Positions 27,509 through 36,554 of a stretch of 38,122 nt of DNA are shown piece by piece. The position numbers were made by a program, and so were the translations under genes. How positions within the stretch are numbered: the first letter of the stretch is position 1; every line of letters starts with the position of its first letter. The notes under the pieces are model-generated. The model saw nothing but the letters and a program-made list of their open reading frames with translations, was not told the origin of the DNA and searched no databases. The stretch covers positions 1 to 38,122 of the forward strand of contig LJUI01000022.1 of the NCBI GenBank assembly GCA_001303705.1, read 5' to 3'. This stretch comes from a candidate division TA06 bacterium SM23_40 (lineage in GTDB: Bacteria; LJUI01; SM1-40).

Positions 27509-30500
27509 ATGGAACTGAAGCGGCTTGTGATCTCCGGGTTCAAGTCTTTCGTCGACAGGACCGAACTGTCCCTGGGAACCGGCGTGACCGCACTCGTCGG
27601 GCCGAATGGGTGCGGCAAGACGAATGTTGCGGAGGCGATTCGGTGGGCGCTCGGCGAACAGAATGCGCGGATACTGCGCGGCGAGCGGATGGAGGACTTG
27701 ATCTTCAATGGCACGAGAGAGCGGCCCCCCGTCGGCATGGCAGAGGTGACGCTCACCTTCACGAACGAGCAGGGCCTTCTGCCGATCGACTTCGAGGAAG
27801 TCGAGATCAGCCGACGGTTGTACCGCTCGGGCGAGAGCGAGTACCTGATCAACCGGTCGCCGTGCCGTCTGCGCGACGTCACCGATCTCATAGTTGGGAC
27901 GGGAGCTGGACCTCACGCCTACGCGATTTTCGAGCAGAGGATGGTCGAGGCGTTACTCAGTTCCGATCCGGCCCAGCGTCGGGCGATGTTCGAACAGGCG
28001 GCGGGGATCGCGAAATATCATGCTCAGAAACACCTGACTCTGCGCAAGCTCAAGACGACGCAGCAGGATCTCCATCGCGTGGAAGATCTGGTCGCTGAGG
28101 TCGAGAAGCTGGTTCGATCGCTCTCGCGCCAGGCGAAGGCGGCGGCGCGGTATGGCGGACGAAAGGAGGAACTCCGCAAGCTGGTGATGGAACGGTATCG
28201 CCGGCGCCATCACGATGTGATCGCAGCAGCACGTGCCCTCGAGGGAGAGCTGTCGGAAGCGCAGGCACGACGGGACGAGAGGATGCAGTGGATCGCTGCC
28301 CGCACCGATGAACTCGTCGCATGGAAAGAGCATCACGATGTGATCGTTCAGCGGCGGACGCAGGCCCAGGACCGAGCCGCAGTACTGACCTCCGCGATGC
28401 AGCGGGCAGAGGAACAGTTGCTCGTTCTCAGGGAGCGCCAGTTGGCGTGTGATGAACGTCGCGAGCGTTCGACCGAGGCGACCGCCCGGCTCCGCCGGCG
28501 CCTCGCGGAGGTGAAGAATGAAGCCCGGAGTCTCGACCGGGAATCGAAGGCCGTGAGGGAGCGCCGAACGGCAGGAGCTACCCATCTGAGAGATTTGAGT
28601 TCCGAGCTGTCGGTCGTGGAGAGCCAGCTCGCCGGACGGCGCGCGCTCGCGTCAAGGATGAAGACGCAGCTCGGTGAACTTCTGAAGCGGGAGTCGGAGC
28701 GGAGGGCCGAGTTGAGCGAGGTTGCGGCGAAGACTGACGCAGCGGCCGCTCAGCGGGAGTTCCTCGCTGCCGAGGTATCGCGCCTCGCGGATGAGGTGTC
28801 GGGGACGGCAACGCGGGTGAGTGACGTGCGGGAGGAGCTGCGACAGGAGAGGGAGAAGGCAGACGACGTTGCCGCCCGATCCGAGCGCCTGCGGCGCACG
28901 AGGGAGGAACTTCAGGCCCAGCTCGAACGGGTGAACGGCGAGAGAGAGGCGGTGTCGCGGGAACTCTCGGCACGCAAGGCGGAGTTGGAGACTCAGGAGC
29001 GGGCCCGGCAGCAGCACGAGGGGATGGGCCGGGGAGTCCATGCGGTTCTCGTCTCGCCGCTCGCCGGCGATGCGCTCATCGGCGTTCTCGCCGACATGAT
29101 CAAGGTTCCGGCCGAATTCGAGCGGGCGATCGAGGGAGCTCTGGCCCACAGGCTGCAGTACGTCGTGGCGCGCGCACGCGGAGAGATCAGAGATGCCGTC
29201 CGATATCTTCGGAAGCATGGACGGGGGCGGGCAAGTTTCGTGACGCTTGGCGCCGAGAATGGAGATAGGCCTCGAGAGCTCCCGCCGGAGCTGGCGTCTG
29301 AAGGCGGCGTGGTCGGGCTGGCGCGGGATCTCGTCGAGTGCGAGGAATCCCTCCGCGGCCTGATCGCCTCTGTGCTGCGGGACGTCGTCGTGGTGAAGGA
29401 CTTCGATCTCGCGTGGCAGCTCGCCGATCGATATGCTGAGTGGAGCTTCGTGACGCTGAAGGGTGATCTGATCGAGCGTGGCGGCATAGTCACCGGAGGC
29501 AGCACGGTCGAACCCGACCTGGTAGCGCGCCGCAGGAGGGGGGAAGAGCTGCGGACCAGGGTTGAGGCGCTCGCGGCGGGGGTGACCGCGCTCGAGAGAG
29601 AAGGAGCTGATCTCCGTCGCCGGCTCGAGGAGAATGATCGGGAGATCGAAGGACACGAGAATGGGGTCCGTCTCTACAGTCTCAAGCTGGCGGAACTCGA
29701 GCAGCGGATCGCCGGGTTAGCGGAAAGGGAGAGGCAGCTGAGGGACAAACAGCGCGTCGTCCAGGGCGAGTTGGGCGGGGTGACAGCCCGCTCGGAGGAG
29801 CTGCTCGCCGAAAAGGGTCGTCTCGATGAGATCGTCCGGCGGCTCGGGGAGGATCTGGCTGCGTTGGAGCGCGATGCCGCTGCCGAGGACGTGCGGGTCC
29901 GCGGCCTGGCTGAACGTCGCACGCAGCTCTCGCAGGGAATCGACGAGTGTAACATCCGCGTCATTCGATTCGACGGTCAGCTCGAGCGCCTTGTGGCCGG
30001 TGTTGAGAGGGCGAACAAGGCGGCGGCTGAGATCATCGGCGAGCTCGGACAAGTGGAGAAGGACGGTGCCGAGGCGCTCGAGTCCACCGAGCAACTGAAC
30101 GAGCTCATCGGTGAGACACGGAGCGAGGTCTCTAGGCTCAAGGGCGAGCAGACCGAGGCAGGCCAGGCGGTGGAACGGCTGGACGAGGAGGCGCGGGATT
30201 GGTCGAGGAAGATCGAGCAGGGCCGCGCTGAGCTGGAGGAGGCCAGACAGGCGCTCACCGAGGCGACGGAGCATGCGCACCGGCTCAGGATGCAGGCGCT
30301 GGAGCGGGAGATGGAGCGGAAGTCTCTGGAGGAACGTGTGCGGGACGAGCATGGCGACGTCGCGCTCGCCGACCTCGAACCCCTTCCCGAGCTCTCGGGA
30401 GAAGAGTTGGGCAACCAGATCGAGACGTTGACGCGGTTGATCGGGAGGATGGAACCGGTGAATATGCTCGCGGTCGAGGAGCATCGGCGTGAACGTGAGC

Positions 30501-31069
30501 GGCTCGATCACCTGGTGATTCAACGAGCGGATCTGGTTGAGGCGCGGAAGACGCTCGGTGAGACGGTGCGGAAGCTCGATCGGACAGCGCGAACTCAGTT
30601 TCTCGAAACCTTCGACGCTGTGCAGCAAAACTTCCGCTCGATATTCGAGCGGCTGTTTGAGGGCGGGTATGCCGATATCAGGATCGAGGAGGGAGTCGAC
30701 CCACTGGAGGCACACATAGAGATCGTGGCGAGGCCGCGGGGCAAGCGGTTGAGCCGGATCGAGCTCCTCTCCGGGGGAGAGCGCGCTCTCGTTGCGATTG
30801 GACTCCTGTTTGCCTTCTACCTCGTCAAGCCGTCTCCCTTCTGCCTGCTCGATGAAATCGATGCCCCGCTCGACGACATGAATATCGGCCGGTTTACGGC
30901 ACTGGTGAAGGAGCTGAGTGAGCGTACGCAGTTTGCGATCATCACCCATAATAAGCGGACGATGGAGATCGCCGACTGCCTGTATGGCATCACGATGCAG
31001 GAGCCGGGTGTTTCAAAGGTCGTCTCCGTGCGGTTCGGTGGCGATGGCAACGGCGGGGAGCCGGAGTAG
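27509..31069 (+). CDS. smc: Chromosome segregation protein SMC
   Basis: GFKSF, Walker A GPNGCGKTN, long coiled coils with a central hinge (GRASFV, ITGGS-like VTGGS), PVN, LSGGE, LLDEIDAPLD, ITHN. 1186 aa. Confidence 0.97.
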   Translation: MELKRLVISGFKSFVDRTELSLGTGVTALVGPNGCGKTNVAEAIRWALGEQNARILRGERMEDLIFNGTRERPPVGMAEVTLTFTNEQGLLPIDFEEVEISRRLYRSGESEYLINRSPCRLRDVTDLIVGTGAGPHAYAIFEQRMVEALLSSDPAQRRAMFEQAAGIAKYHAQKHLTLRKLKTTQQDLHRVEDLVAEVEKLVRSLSRQAKAAARYGGRKEELRKLVMERYRRRHHDVIAAARALEGELSEAQARRDERMQWIAARTDELVAWKEHHDVIVQRRTQAQDRAAVLTSAMQRAEEQLLVLRERQLACDERRERSTEATARLRRRLAEVKNEARSLDRESKAVRERRTAGATHLRDLSSELSVVESQLAGRRALASRMKTQLGELLKRESERRAELSEVAAKTDAAAAQREFLAAEVSRLADEVSGTATRVSDVREELRQEREKADDVAARSERLRRTREELQAQLERVNGEREAVSRELSARKAELETQERARQQHEGMGRGVHAVLVSPLAGDALIGVLADMIKVPAEFERAIEGALAHRLQYVVARARGEIRDAVRYLRKHGRGRASFVTLGAENGDRPRELPPELASEGGVVGLARDLVECEESLRGLIASVLRDVVVVKDFDLAWQLADRYAEWSFVTLKGDLIERGGIVTGGSTVEPDLVARRRRGEELRTRVEALAAGVTALEREGADLRRRLEENDREIEGHENGVRLYSLKLAELEQRIAGLAERERQLRDKQRVVQGELGGVTARSEELLAEKGRLDEIVRRLGEDLAALERDAAAEDVRVRGLAERRTQLSQGIDECNIRVIRFDGQLERLVAGVERANKAAAEIIGELGQVEKDGAEALESTEQLNELIGETRSEVSRLKGEQTEAGQAVERLDEEARDWSRKIEQGRAELEEARQALTEATEHAHRLRMQALEREMERKSLEERVRDEHGDVALADLEPLPELSGEELGNQIETLTRLIGRMEPVNMLAVEEHRRERERLDHLVIQRADLVEARKTLGETVRKLDRTARTQFLETFDAVQQNFRSIFERLFEGGYADIRIEEGVDPLEAHIEIVARPRGKRLSRIELLSGGERALVAIGLLFAFYLVKPSPFCLLDEIDAPLDDMNIGRFTALVKELSERTQFAIITHNKRTMEIADCLYGITMQEPGVSKVVSVRFGGDGNGGEPE

Positions 31070-31083
31070 GGAGATGTGAATCG

Positions 31084-32109
31084 ATGGTCCTTTCGGTTCT
31101 CGGGAAATTCAAGGGGTCGCTGCGCCGCACGAGAGAGCAGCTGAAGAGCGGTCTCGAACGGGTGCTGCGCGGGAGAGCGCGCATCGATGATGACCTGTTC
31201 GAGGAGCTGGGCGAGATCCTGATCAGCGCCGATGTCGGGGTAGCGGCGAGCGAGAGGATTCTCGACCGGGTGAAGTCCCGGGTGCGCTCGAACGGGGTGG
31301 ACGACCCGGGTGAGATTCCGCGGCTCCTCCAGGAGGAGATCGAGGAGATATTGGAGGCGGCCTCTCGGCGCCTGACCGCTCCGGAGAAGAGGCCTCCGGG
31401 GGAGAGGCCTCGGTGGGAGAGGCCGGAGGCCGGCGAAGGTGCCGACGAAGTTCCGGTGACGGAGGCGTCGATGGCGGCGAAAGAGGGGACGGGCGGTCCA
31501 AGGGTGATGATGGTCGTCGGTGTCAACGGAACGGGAAAGACGACGACGATCGGGAAACTGGCCAAGCGGTATGTGGATGAAGGGCAGCGTGTGCTCGTCG
31601 CGGCGTGTGACACGTATCGTGCTGCAGCGGCCGAGCAGCTTCAGATCTGGGCAGATCGGGCCGGCGTGGAGATGGTGGGCTCACATAGCGGGGCCGACCC
31701 TGCGTCGGTCGCATACGATGCACTCTCGAGTACTGTCGCCAGGGGAGGCGATGTGCTGCTCATCGACACTGCCGGCAGGCTGCATACGAGGACGCCGCTG
31801 ATGGAGGAGTTGCGCAAGATGAAGCGGGTCCTCGCCCGCCTTCATCCCGGTGCACCGCACGACACACTGCTCGTCCTCGATGCGACGACAGGACAGAACG
31901 GCCTGTCCCAGTGTCGTCTGTTCCACGAGGCCCTTGACCTGACCGGGATCGTCCTGGCGAAGCTCGATGGGACCGCGAGGGGAGGGATTGTGATCGCCGC
32001 GGCGGAGGAGCTGGGTATACCGGTACGGTATGTGGGAACGGGAGAGACGATCGCTGATATCGCGGAGTTCGACCCTCGTTCGTTTGCCGCCGCGCTGTTT
32101 TCGGACTGA
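31084..32109 (+). CDS. ftsY: Signal recognition particle receptor FtsY
   Basis: GVNGTGKTTTIGKLA, DTYRAAAAEQL, DPASVAYDA, DTAGRLH, DATTGQNG, KLDGTARGG, GTGE. Follows smc, a common arrangement. Confidence 0.96.
   Translation: MVLSVLGKFKGSLRRTREQLKSGLERVLRGRARIDDDLFEELGEILISADVGVAASERILDRVKSRVRSNGVDDPGEIPRLLQEEIEEILEAASRRLTAPEKRPPGERPRWERPEAGEGADEVPVTEASMAAKEGTGGPRVMMVVGVNGTGKTTTIGKLAKRYVDEGQRVLVAACDTYRAAAAEQLQIWADRAGVEMVGSHSGADPASVAYDALSSTVARGGDVLLIDTAGRLHTRTPLMEELRKMKRVLARLHPGAPHDTLLVLDATTGQNGLSQCRLFHEALDLTGIVLAKLDGTARGGIVIAAAEELGIPVRYVGTGETIADIAEFDPRSFAAALFSD
31381..31425 (+). repeat. In-frame 15-bp tandem repeat x3 inside ftsY
   Basis: CCGGAGAAGAGGCCT / CCGGGGGAGAGGCCT / CGGTGGGAGAGGCCG encode PEKRP-PGERP-RWERP. 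Confidence 0.7.
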
Positions 32110-32256
32110 GCCGCGCTGTTTGCGCATTGAGCTGCCTCGCTTTCGGACCGAGCTGCCCCGTTTTCGGACTGAGCCGCGCTGTTTTCGGACCGAGCTGCCC
32201 CGTTTTCGGACTGAGCCGCGCTCTTTTCTGACTGTCAGGCCCGGTTTGCGGAATGA
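32089..32256 (+). repeat. 21-bp tandem repeat, 7 units plus 1 degenerate unit; unit 1 is the last six codons and stop of ftsY
   Basis: Consensus GCYGCSCYGTTTTCGGACYGA; units start at 32089, 32110, 32131, 32152, 32173, 32194, 32215, (32236). Confidence 0.92.
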
Positions 32257-32412
32257 CACGCCGGCCGTGACATAGATGTAGAAAAAACTCGTCGAGTATT
32301 GATCGCCGTCGGCAGGCCGGGCAGAGGCTGCCGGCAATCAACAGGTGATGACGAATCGGGCGGCCGGGGCCGATCGCAGGGAGCTGTTGCACGAGGATCT
32401 GCTGCAGACGCA

Positions 32413-32482
32413 GCCTTGGAGAGAGGGCCCCGGACAGGGGTCCCTGGACAGGGGACCCTGGAGAGGGATCCTACATAAGGGG
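32413..32482 (+). repeat. 14-bp tandem repeat x5 with palindromic core CCCTG-GA-CAGGG
   Basis: GCCTTGGAGAGAGG, GCCCCGGACAGGGG, TCCCTGGACAGGGG, ACCCTGGAGAGGGA, TCCTACATAAGGGG. Confidence 0.7.
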
Positions 32483-32573
32483 CCTTTCTGGATAGTCGCG
32501 CTCTCGCCCGGCGCCGGGCCCGCCCGGGATGCCGTCGTCTGGATTTCTTCGTGTGGTGGGGGAGTCGCCTTTC

Positions 32574-32602
32574 TTGACAAAGATGAGCTATTAAGGTAGA
32601 TT
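32574..32602 (+). promoter_or_regulatory. sigma70 promoter of the Rrf2 gene
   Basis: TTGACA-N17-TAGATT. Confidence 0.75.
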
Positions 32603-32650
32603 TCGCCTGAGCAGTGAACATCAGGGGAGGGTCTTGAGAGGGGAACGTCT

Positions 32651-33094
32651 ATGCGCTTGACGAGAGGGGCCGATTACGGTATCCGTTGTATTCTCTATCT
32701 GGCCAAGCAAGGCGGTGAGAGGGCAGTCCTGCTGCGAGATATCTCGCAGGCTGAGGAAGTGCCCCAGAGCTTTCTCGCCAAGATATTCCATACGCTCGGA
32801 AAGGCGGGGCTCGTCAAATCGCGCCGGGGCGCAAACGGGGGATTCTTTCTCGCAAGACCGGCCGACCGGATCACCCTCAGGGAGCTTATTGAGGCTCTGG
32901 AAGGCCCGATCGCGCTGAACATGTGCCTCATCCGAGAGGGTGAGTGTGACCGCTCGGACGTATGCCCGGTGCATCCGGTATGGGTTGAGGCGCAAGAGCG
33001 CATGCTTGAGGTGCTGGAGCGGGCGACGGTGGCTCAACTCGTCGAGAAATCGGCTCCCTCGCCGCGCTCGCGCTCTCGACGCCGACGTTCGTAA
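32651..33094 (+). CDS. Rrf2-family transcriptional regulator (IscR/NsrR-like, Fe-S binding)
   Basis: DYGIR, wHTH FLAKI...GLVKSRRGANGGFFLARP, IEALEGP, C-x6-C-x5-C-x2-H ligand set (CLIREGECDRSDVCPVH). Confidence 0.92.
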   Translation: MRLTRGADYGIRCILYLAKQGGERAVLLRDISQAEEVPQSFLAKIFHTLGKAGLVKSRRGANGGFFLARPADRITLRELIEALEGPIALNMCLIREGECDRSDVCPVHPVWVEAQERMLEVLERATVAQLVEKSAPSPRSRSRRRRS

Positions 33095-33151
33095 GCCCGT
33101 CCAATTCTGGATGATTCAATTGAAGACCCGCCGCTGAGGCCCGGCGATTCT

Positions 33152-33490
33152 CTCCAGGCGCGATCCAGGCCCCGGCGTGATCGCAGATCGAACGCGGTCC
33201 GGGGTCCGACGCGATTGTGCGTCGAGCGCGATAGCTGATCCGAGGCGGTCGCGGGTCTGATGCAGCACTGGGCGCAACGCCATCGTTGATCGGACGCGGT
33301 CGCTGGTCTGATGTGGCACCGGGCGCAACGCTATCGTTGATCCGACGCGGTCGCGGGTCCATGCCGCGCCGGGCGCAACCCCATCGTTGATGGGACGCGA
33401 TCCCGGGTACGACACGGTCGCGGACGCAAGGCGGTCCACGGTCCGACGCGATTCTGAGCCCCATGCGGTCCTCGCCCCGACGCGACCATG
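33152..33490 (+). repeat. Degenerate 17-bp minisatellite (~20 units) with higher-order 51-bp periodicity
   Basis: Monomer core GRTCCGACGCGRTC. Near-identical trimers at 33237-33287, 33288-33338 and 33339-33388 (50 bp). Confidence 0.85.
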
Positions 33491-33538
33491 GATCGTGGAG
33501 ACGCGCATCTTGTGTACCCAGGCGAGGGAGGAGTCCCC

Positions 33539-34336
33539 GTGGAGAGGCTATTGACCATCGCCGGCTCCGACCCGGGAGGCGGCGCGGGCATCCAGGCTGA
33601 CCTCAGGACATTCAGCCGCCTCGGCGTGTACGGAATGGCGGTCGTCACCGCAGCGACTGCACAGAACACGCGAGGCGTCCAGGGTGTCCATTTTGTGCCC
33701 GCGGAGTCGGTGGCGCTCCAGCTCGATGCTGTCCTCTCCGACATCGGTGCGGATGCAGTCAAGACCGGGATGCTCGGGAACGCGGAGATCGTGCGCGCGA
33801 CAGCGGAGAAGATCCGGCAGTACGGGGTACCCCACCTCATCGTCGATCCCGTGATGGAGGCGGAGAGCGGCACTAGATTGCTCACCGAGGATGGGGTGGA
33901 GTCGATGGTGGACCTACTCCTCCCGCTCGCGACCGCCGTGACTCCCAATCTGGCAGAGGCGGGAGTGCTCGTGGGCCAACGGGTCGAGACGATCTCTGAC
34001 ATGAAGCTGGCGGCCCGCCGCATCCACGAAAAAGGGCCCCGGTGGGTCATCGTGAAGGGCGGCCACCTGAAAGAGAATCCGGTCGACGTGGTATTCGACG
34101 GCTCAGGATATGTCGAGCTGGCAGGTGAACGGGTGCTGGGGCCGAGCGTACATGGGACAGGATGTACATTCTCCGCGGCGCTTGCGGTAGGCATCGCACG
34201 GGGGATGCCGGTGACAGAGGCTGTGCTCACGGCCAAGCGGTTCGTCACTGCTGCACTGAGAACGCCGCTGGGCCTCGGGAAGGGGAGATCGATCGCCAAT
34301 CAGTTTGTCGATGTCGATGAGGAGATGGAGAGTTGA
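33539..34336 (+). CDS. thiD: Hydroxymethylpyrimidine/phosphomethylpyrimidine kinase
   Basis: LTIAGSDPGGGAGIQADL, TAQNTRGV, VKTGML, VDPVM, TPNLAEA, VKGGH, HGTGCTFSAA. GTG start after GGAGGAG. Confidence 0.95.
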   Translation: MERLLTIAGSDPGGGAGIQADLRTFSRLGVYGMAVVTAATAQNTRGVQGVHFVPAESVALQLDAVLSDIGADAVKTGMLGNAEIVRATAEKIRQYGVPHLIVDPVMEAESGTRLLTEDGVESMVDLLLPLATAVTPNLAEAGVLVGQRVETISDMKLAARRIHEKGPRWVIVKGGHLKENPVDVVFDGSGYVELAGERVLGPSVHGTGCTFSAALAVGIARGMPVTEAVLTAKRFVTAALRTPLGLGKGRSIANQFVDVDEEMES

Positions 34337-34438
34337 TTGTCGGTCGATGGGATGATATGATTCGTCATCGTGGAGATAGGAATTGCCGGCGGGCAGGAGA
34401 TAGAGGCAGTCCGCCGTCGTGGGAGAGGAGGTGAGAGA

Positions 34439-34687
34439 ATGGCGTTGTTGATCAACGAGGAATGTACGGCCTGCGGAGTCTGTGAGCCCGAGTGCCCGAA
34501 CGAAGCGATCACCGAAGGCGACCCGATCTACGTGATAGATCCGGATAAGTGCACTGAGTGTGTGGGGGCGTTCGATGAACCGCAGTGCGCATCAGTCTGT
34601 CCGGTTGATTCATGCGTCCCGGATCCGGCACACGAGGAGTCGAAGGAGGATCTCCTCAAGAAGTACCGAGAGCTGCACCCCGAGTAG
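34439..34687 (+). CDS. YfhL-family 2x[4Fe-4S] ferredoxin
   Basis: [13 protein letters not shown] and [25 protein letters not shown] after AGGAGGTG. Confidence 0.93.
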   Translation: MALLINEECTACGVCEPECPNEAITEGDPIYVIDPDKCTECVGAFDEPQCASVCPVDSCVPDPAHEESKEDLLKKYRELHPE

Positions 34688-34900
34688 ATGAACGATCGAT
34701 ACTTCACCACCTCGTTGCACTGCTTTCCGGAGGGCCTGGCTCGATTTCGCGTGGCGTCCTGAGGATTCACAGCACAGTCAGGATCTCCTGCCCTTCTTCA
34801 TCTGGTGGATGGGGCCCGGCCTGCCTCGGCTGCCGGGCCTGTATCCATCAACAGGCAGGCGCCGCCCTGCTCCCGGGCAGTGCCTCGGAGTCGTGAGCGA

Positions 34901-36463
34901 ATGGCATATGTCCTGTACAATGCAACTCTCCACTCCTCTCGATTGAACAGAGACGAAGCTGATGCGGTCGCCGTCTCTGGCGGTCGGATCTCCGCCGTCG
35001 GCCGCACTGATGAAGTGAGGCGTCGGGCCGGGAAAGGGGCGTCCGAGATCGATCTCGCGGGCCGGAGTGTGGTACCGGGATTCATCGATGCTCACACCCA
35101 CCTCATCCCCGAGAGCCTGGCAAAGATCAGATTCCACCTCGGAGACGTGAGGAGCCCTGAGGGCCTGCTCGAGCGGCTGCGGGAGCGGGTGAGAGAAGTC
35201 GGCGCGGGAGAGGCCATCGTGGGAGAGGGCTGGGATGACAGCGAGTGGGGTGGAGGATATCCGGGGAGGGAGGAGCTCGACGCCGTGGCTCCCCGCAATC
35301 CGGTCGTCCTGCGAAGAGTCTGCGGACACCTGGCGATCGCCAATAGCCGAGCCCTCGATGCCATCGGCGAGGAGTGGTCGGAGGTAGACCGGACCGCCGG
35401 AGTCCTTCGCGGGATGGTTGCGCTCCAGGTGAATCGGATCTTTCCTCCCTCGCGGGAAGACCTGATTCGAGCGCTTCGCTACGCCGAAGAGCTCGCTTTC
35501 GCCTCCGGGGTGACATCCGTGCATGAAATCGCTTCGCGCGGCATGCTGCAACTATGTATGGAAGAGAGGGAGCGCGGGACCCTCAGGCTCAGGATGTACT
35601 TCACTCTTCCCCGGGGAGACGTTGAGTCTGCCCGGCAGGATGGGCTCGCGGCCGGTACGGGTGACGAGTGGCTCCGCATCGGCGGATCGAAGATCATGGC
35701 GGACGGTTCGGTCGGAGCGAAGACGGCAGCGCTGCTCGAGCCTTACGCCGGGGATCAGGAAAACCGCGGGATGCTCCTCCACTCAGACGAGGAGATGGCC
35801 GAGATGGTAGGTCGATTCCACGGCGATGGGTGTCAGGTATTGACTCATGCGATCGGGGACCGTAGTGTGAGGCAGGTCGTGGGGGCGTACGAGCGTGTCA
35901 TGGGTGCGGGAGGAAATGCACTCCGTCATCGGATAGAACACGTGGAGATGGCGGATCCGGCGGATCTCGAGCGGATGGCCCGGCTGGGGATCATCGCATG
36001 TATGCAGCCGAACTTCGTCGTGAGATGGGGTCGTCGAGGGGGGATGTACGAGGCCCTGATCGGCGAAGAGCGGCTTCGCACGTCGAACCGGTTCCGCACC
36101 ATGCGCGAGATGGGGATACGCGTGGCGTTCGGCTCTGACTGCATGCCCGTCTCGCCTCTGTACGGGCTCGACGGGGCGGTCAATCATACGAACCCCGATG
36201 AATCGCTCTCTCTCGATGAGGCCGTCGAGTGCTACACAGCTGAGGGGGCGTACGCTGCATTCGAGGAGGGAGAGAAGGGGAGGATTGAGGAGGGGAGCGT
36301 GGCTGATCTCGCGGTGCTCTCGGGCAATCTCCTGGAGGTCGAGAGGCCGAGCGATCTCCAGATCATGACGACGATCGTGGGCGGGGCAGTGGTATACGGA
36401 GCGCTTCCTGGAGGTGCGGAAAGCCTATCCGATTTTTCTGTTGACACTACAAAAACCGCGTGA
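34901..36463 (+). CDS. Amidohydrolase 3 family (YtcJ-like) metal-dependent hydrolase
   Basis: PGFIDAHTH, KIMADGSVG, HAIGD, HRIEH, MQP, FGSD, YTAEGAYA, ADLAVL. Confidence 0.9.
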   Translation: MAYVLYNATLHSSRLNRDEADAVAVSGGRISAVGRTDEVRRRAGKGASEIDLAGRSVVPGFIDAHTHLIPESLAKIRFHLGDVRSPEGLLERLRERVREVGAGEAIVGEGWDDSEWGGGYPGREELDAVAPRNPVVLRRVCGHLAIANSRALDAIGEEWSEVDRTAGVLRGMVALQVNRIFPPSREDLIRALRYAEELAFASGVTSVHEIASRGMLQLCMEERERGTLRLRMYFTLPRGDVESARQDGLAAGTGDEWLRIGGSKIMADGSVGAKTAALLEPYAGDQENRGMLLHSDEEMAEMVGRFHGDGCQVLTHAIGDRSVRQVVGAYERVMGAGGNALRHRIEHVEMADPADLERMARLGIIACMQPNFVVRWGRRGGMYEALIGEERLRTSNRFRTMREMGIRVAFGSDCMPVSPLYGLDGAVNHTNPDESLSLDEAVECYTAEGAYAAFEEGEKGRIEEGSVADLAVLSGNLLEVERPSDLQIMTTIVGGAVVYGALPGGAESLSDFSVDTTKTA

Positions 36464-36469
36464 TAGGCT
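36441..36469 (+). promoter_or_regulatory. sigma70-type promoter overlapping the amidohydrolase 3' end
   Basis: TTGACA-N17-TAGGCT with extended TG. Confidence 0.55.
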
Positions 36470-36554
36470 CGCGCAAAGGTTGCAGGAGGGTACTCGAGCA
36501 TAATCAAACGGAGGCATTCGGGTACCTATCTCTTTCCAGAGAGAGGTCTTGATC

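Noticed and set aside
26460-30949. Long antisense ORFs opposite the peptidase and smc (and similar ones opposite the ATPase, ABC permease and thiD)
   Set aside because: Typical shadow ORFs of GC-rich coding DNA: no motifs, and they largely overlap well-supported genes.
32107-32130. Selenocysteine read-through of the ftsY TGA into the repeats
   Set aside because: The TGA falls at the normal FtsY end, a second in-frame TGA follows 7 codons later, and no SECIS-like hairpin is evident.
31681-32392. Minus-strand ORFs with RKRGSSV / PKTARLS peptide repeats, and the + ORF 32030-32275
   Set aside because: They are by-products of the 21-bp repeat, overlap ftsY, and have no family motifs.
32089-33490. 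Repeat arrays as CRISPR
   Set aside because: Units are contiguous with no unique spacers of 25-45 bp, and no cas genes are in the window.
33095-33538. TPP riboswitch upstream of thiD
   Set aside because: No CUGAGA...ACCUGAU core; the space is occupied by the 17-bp array.
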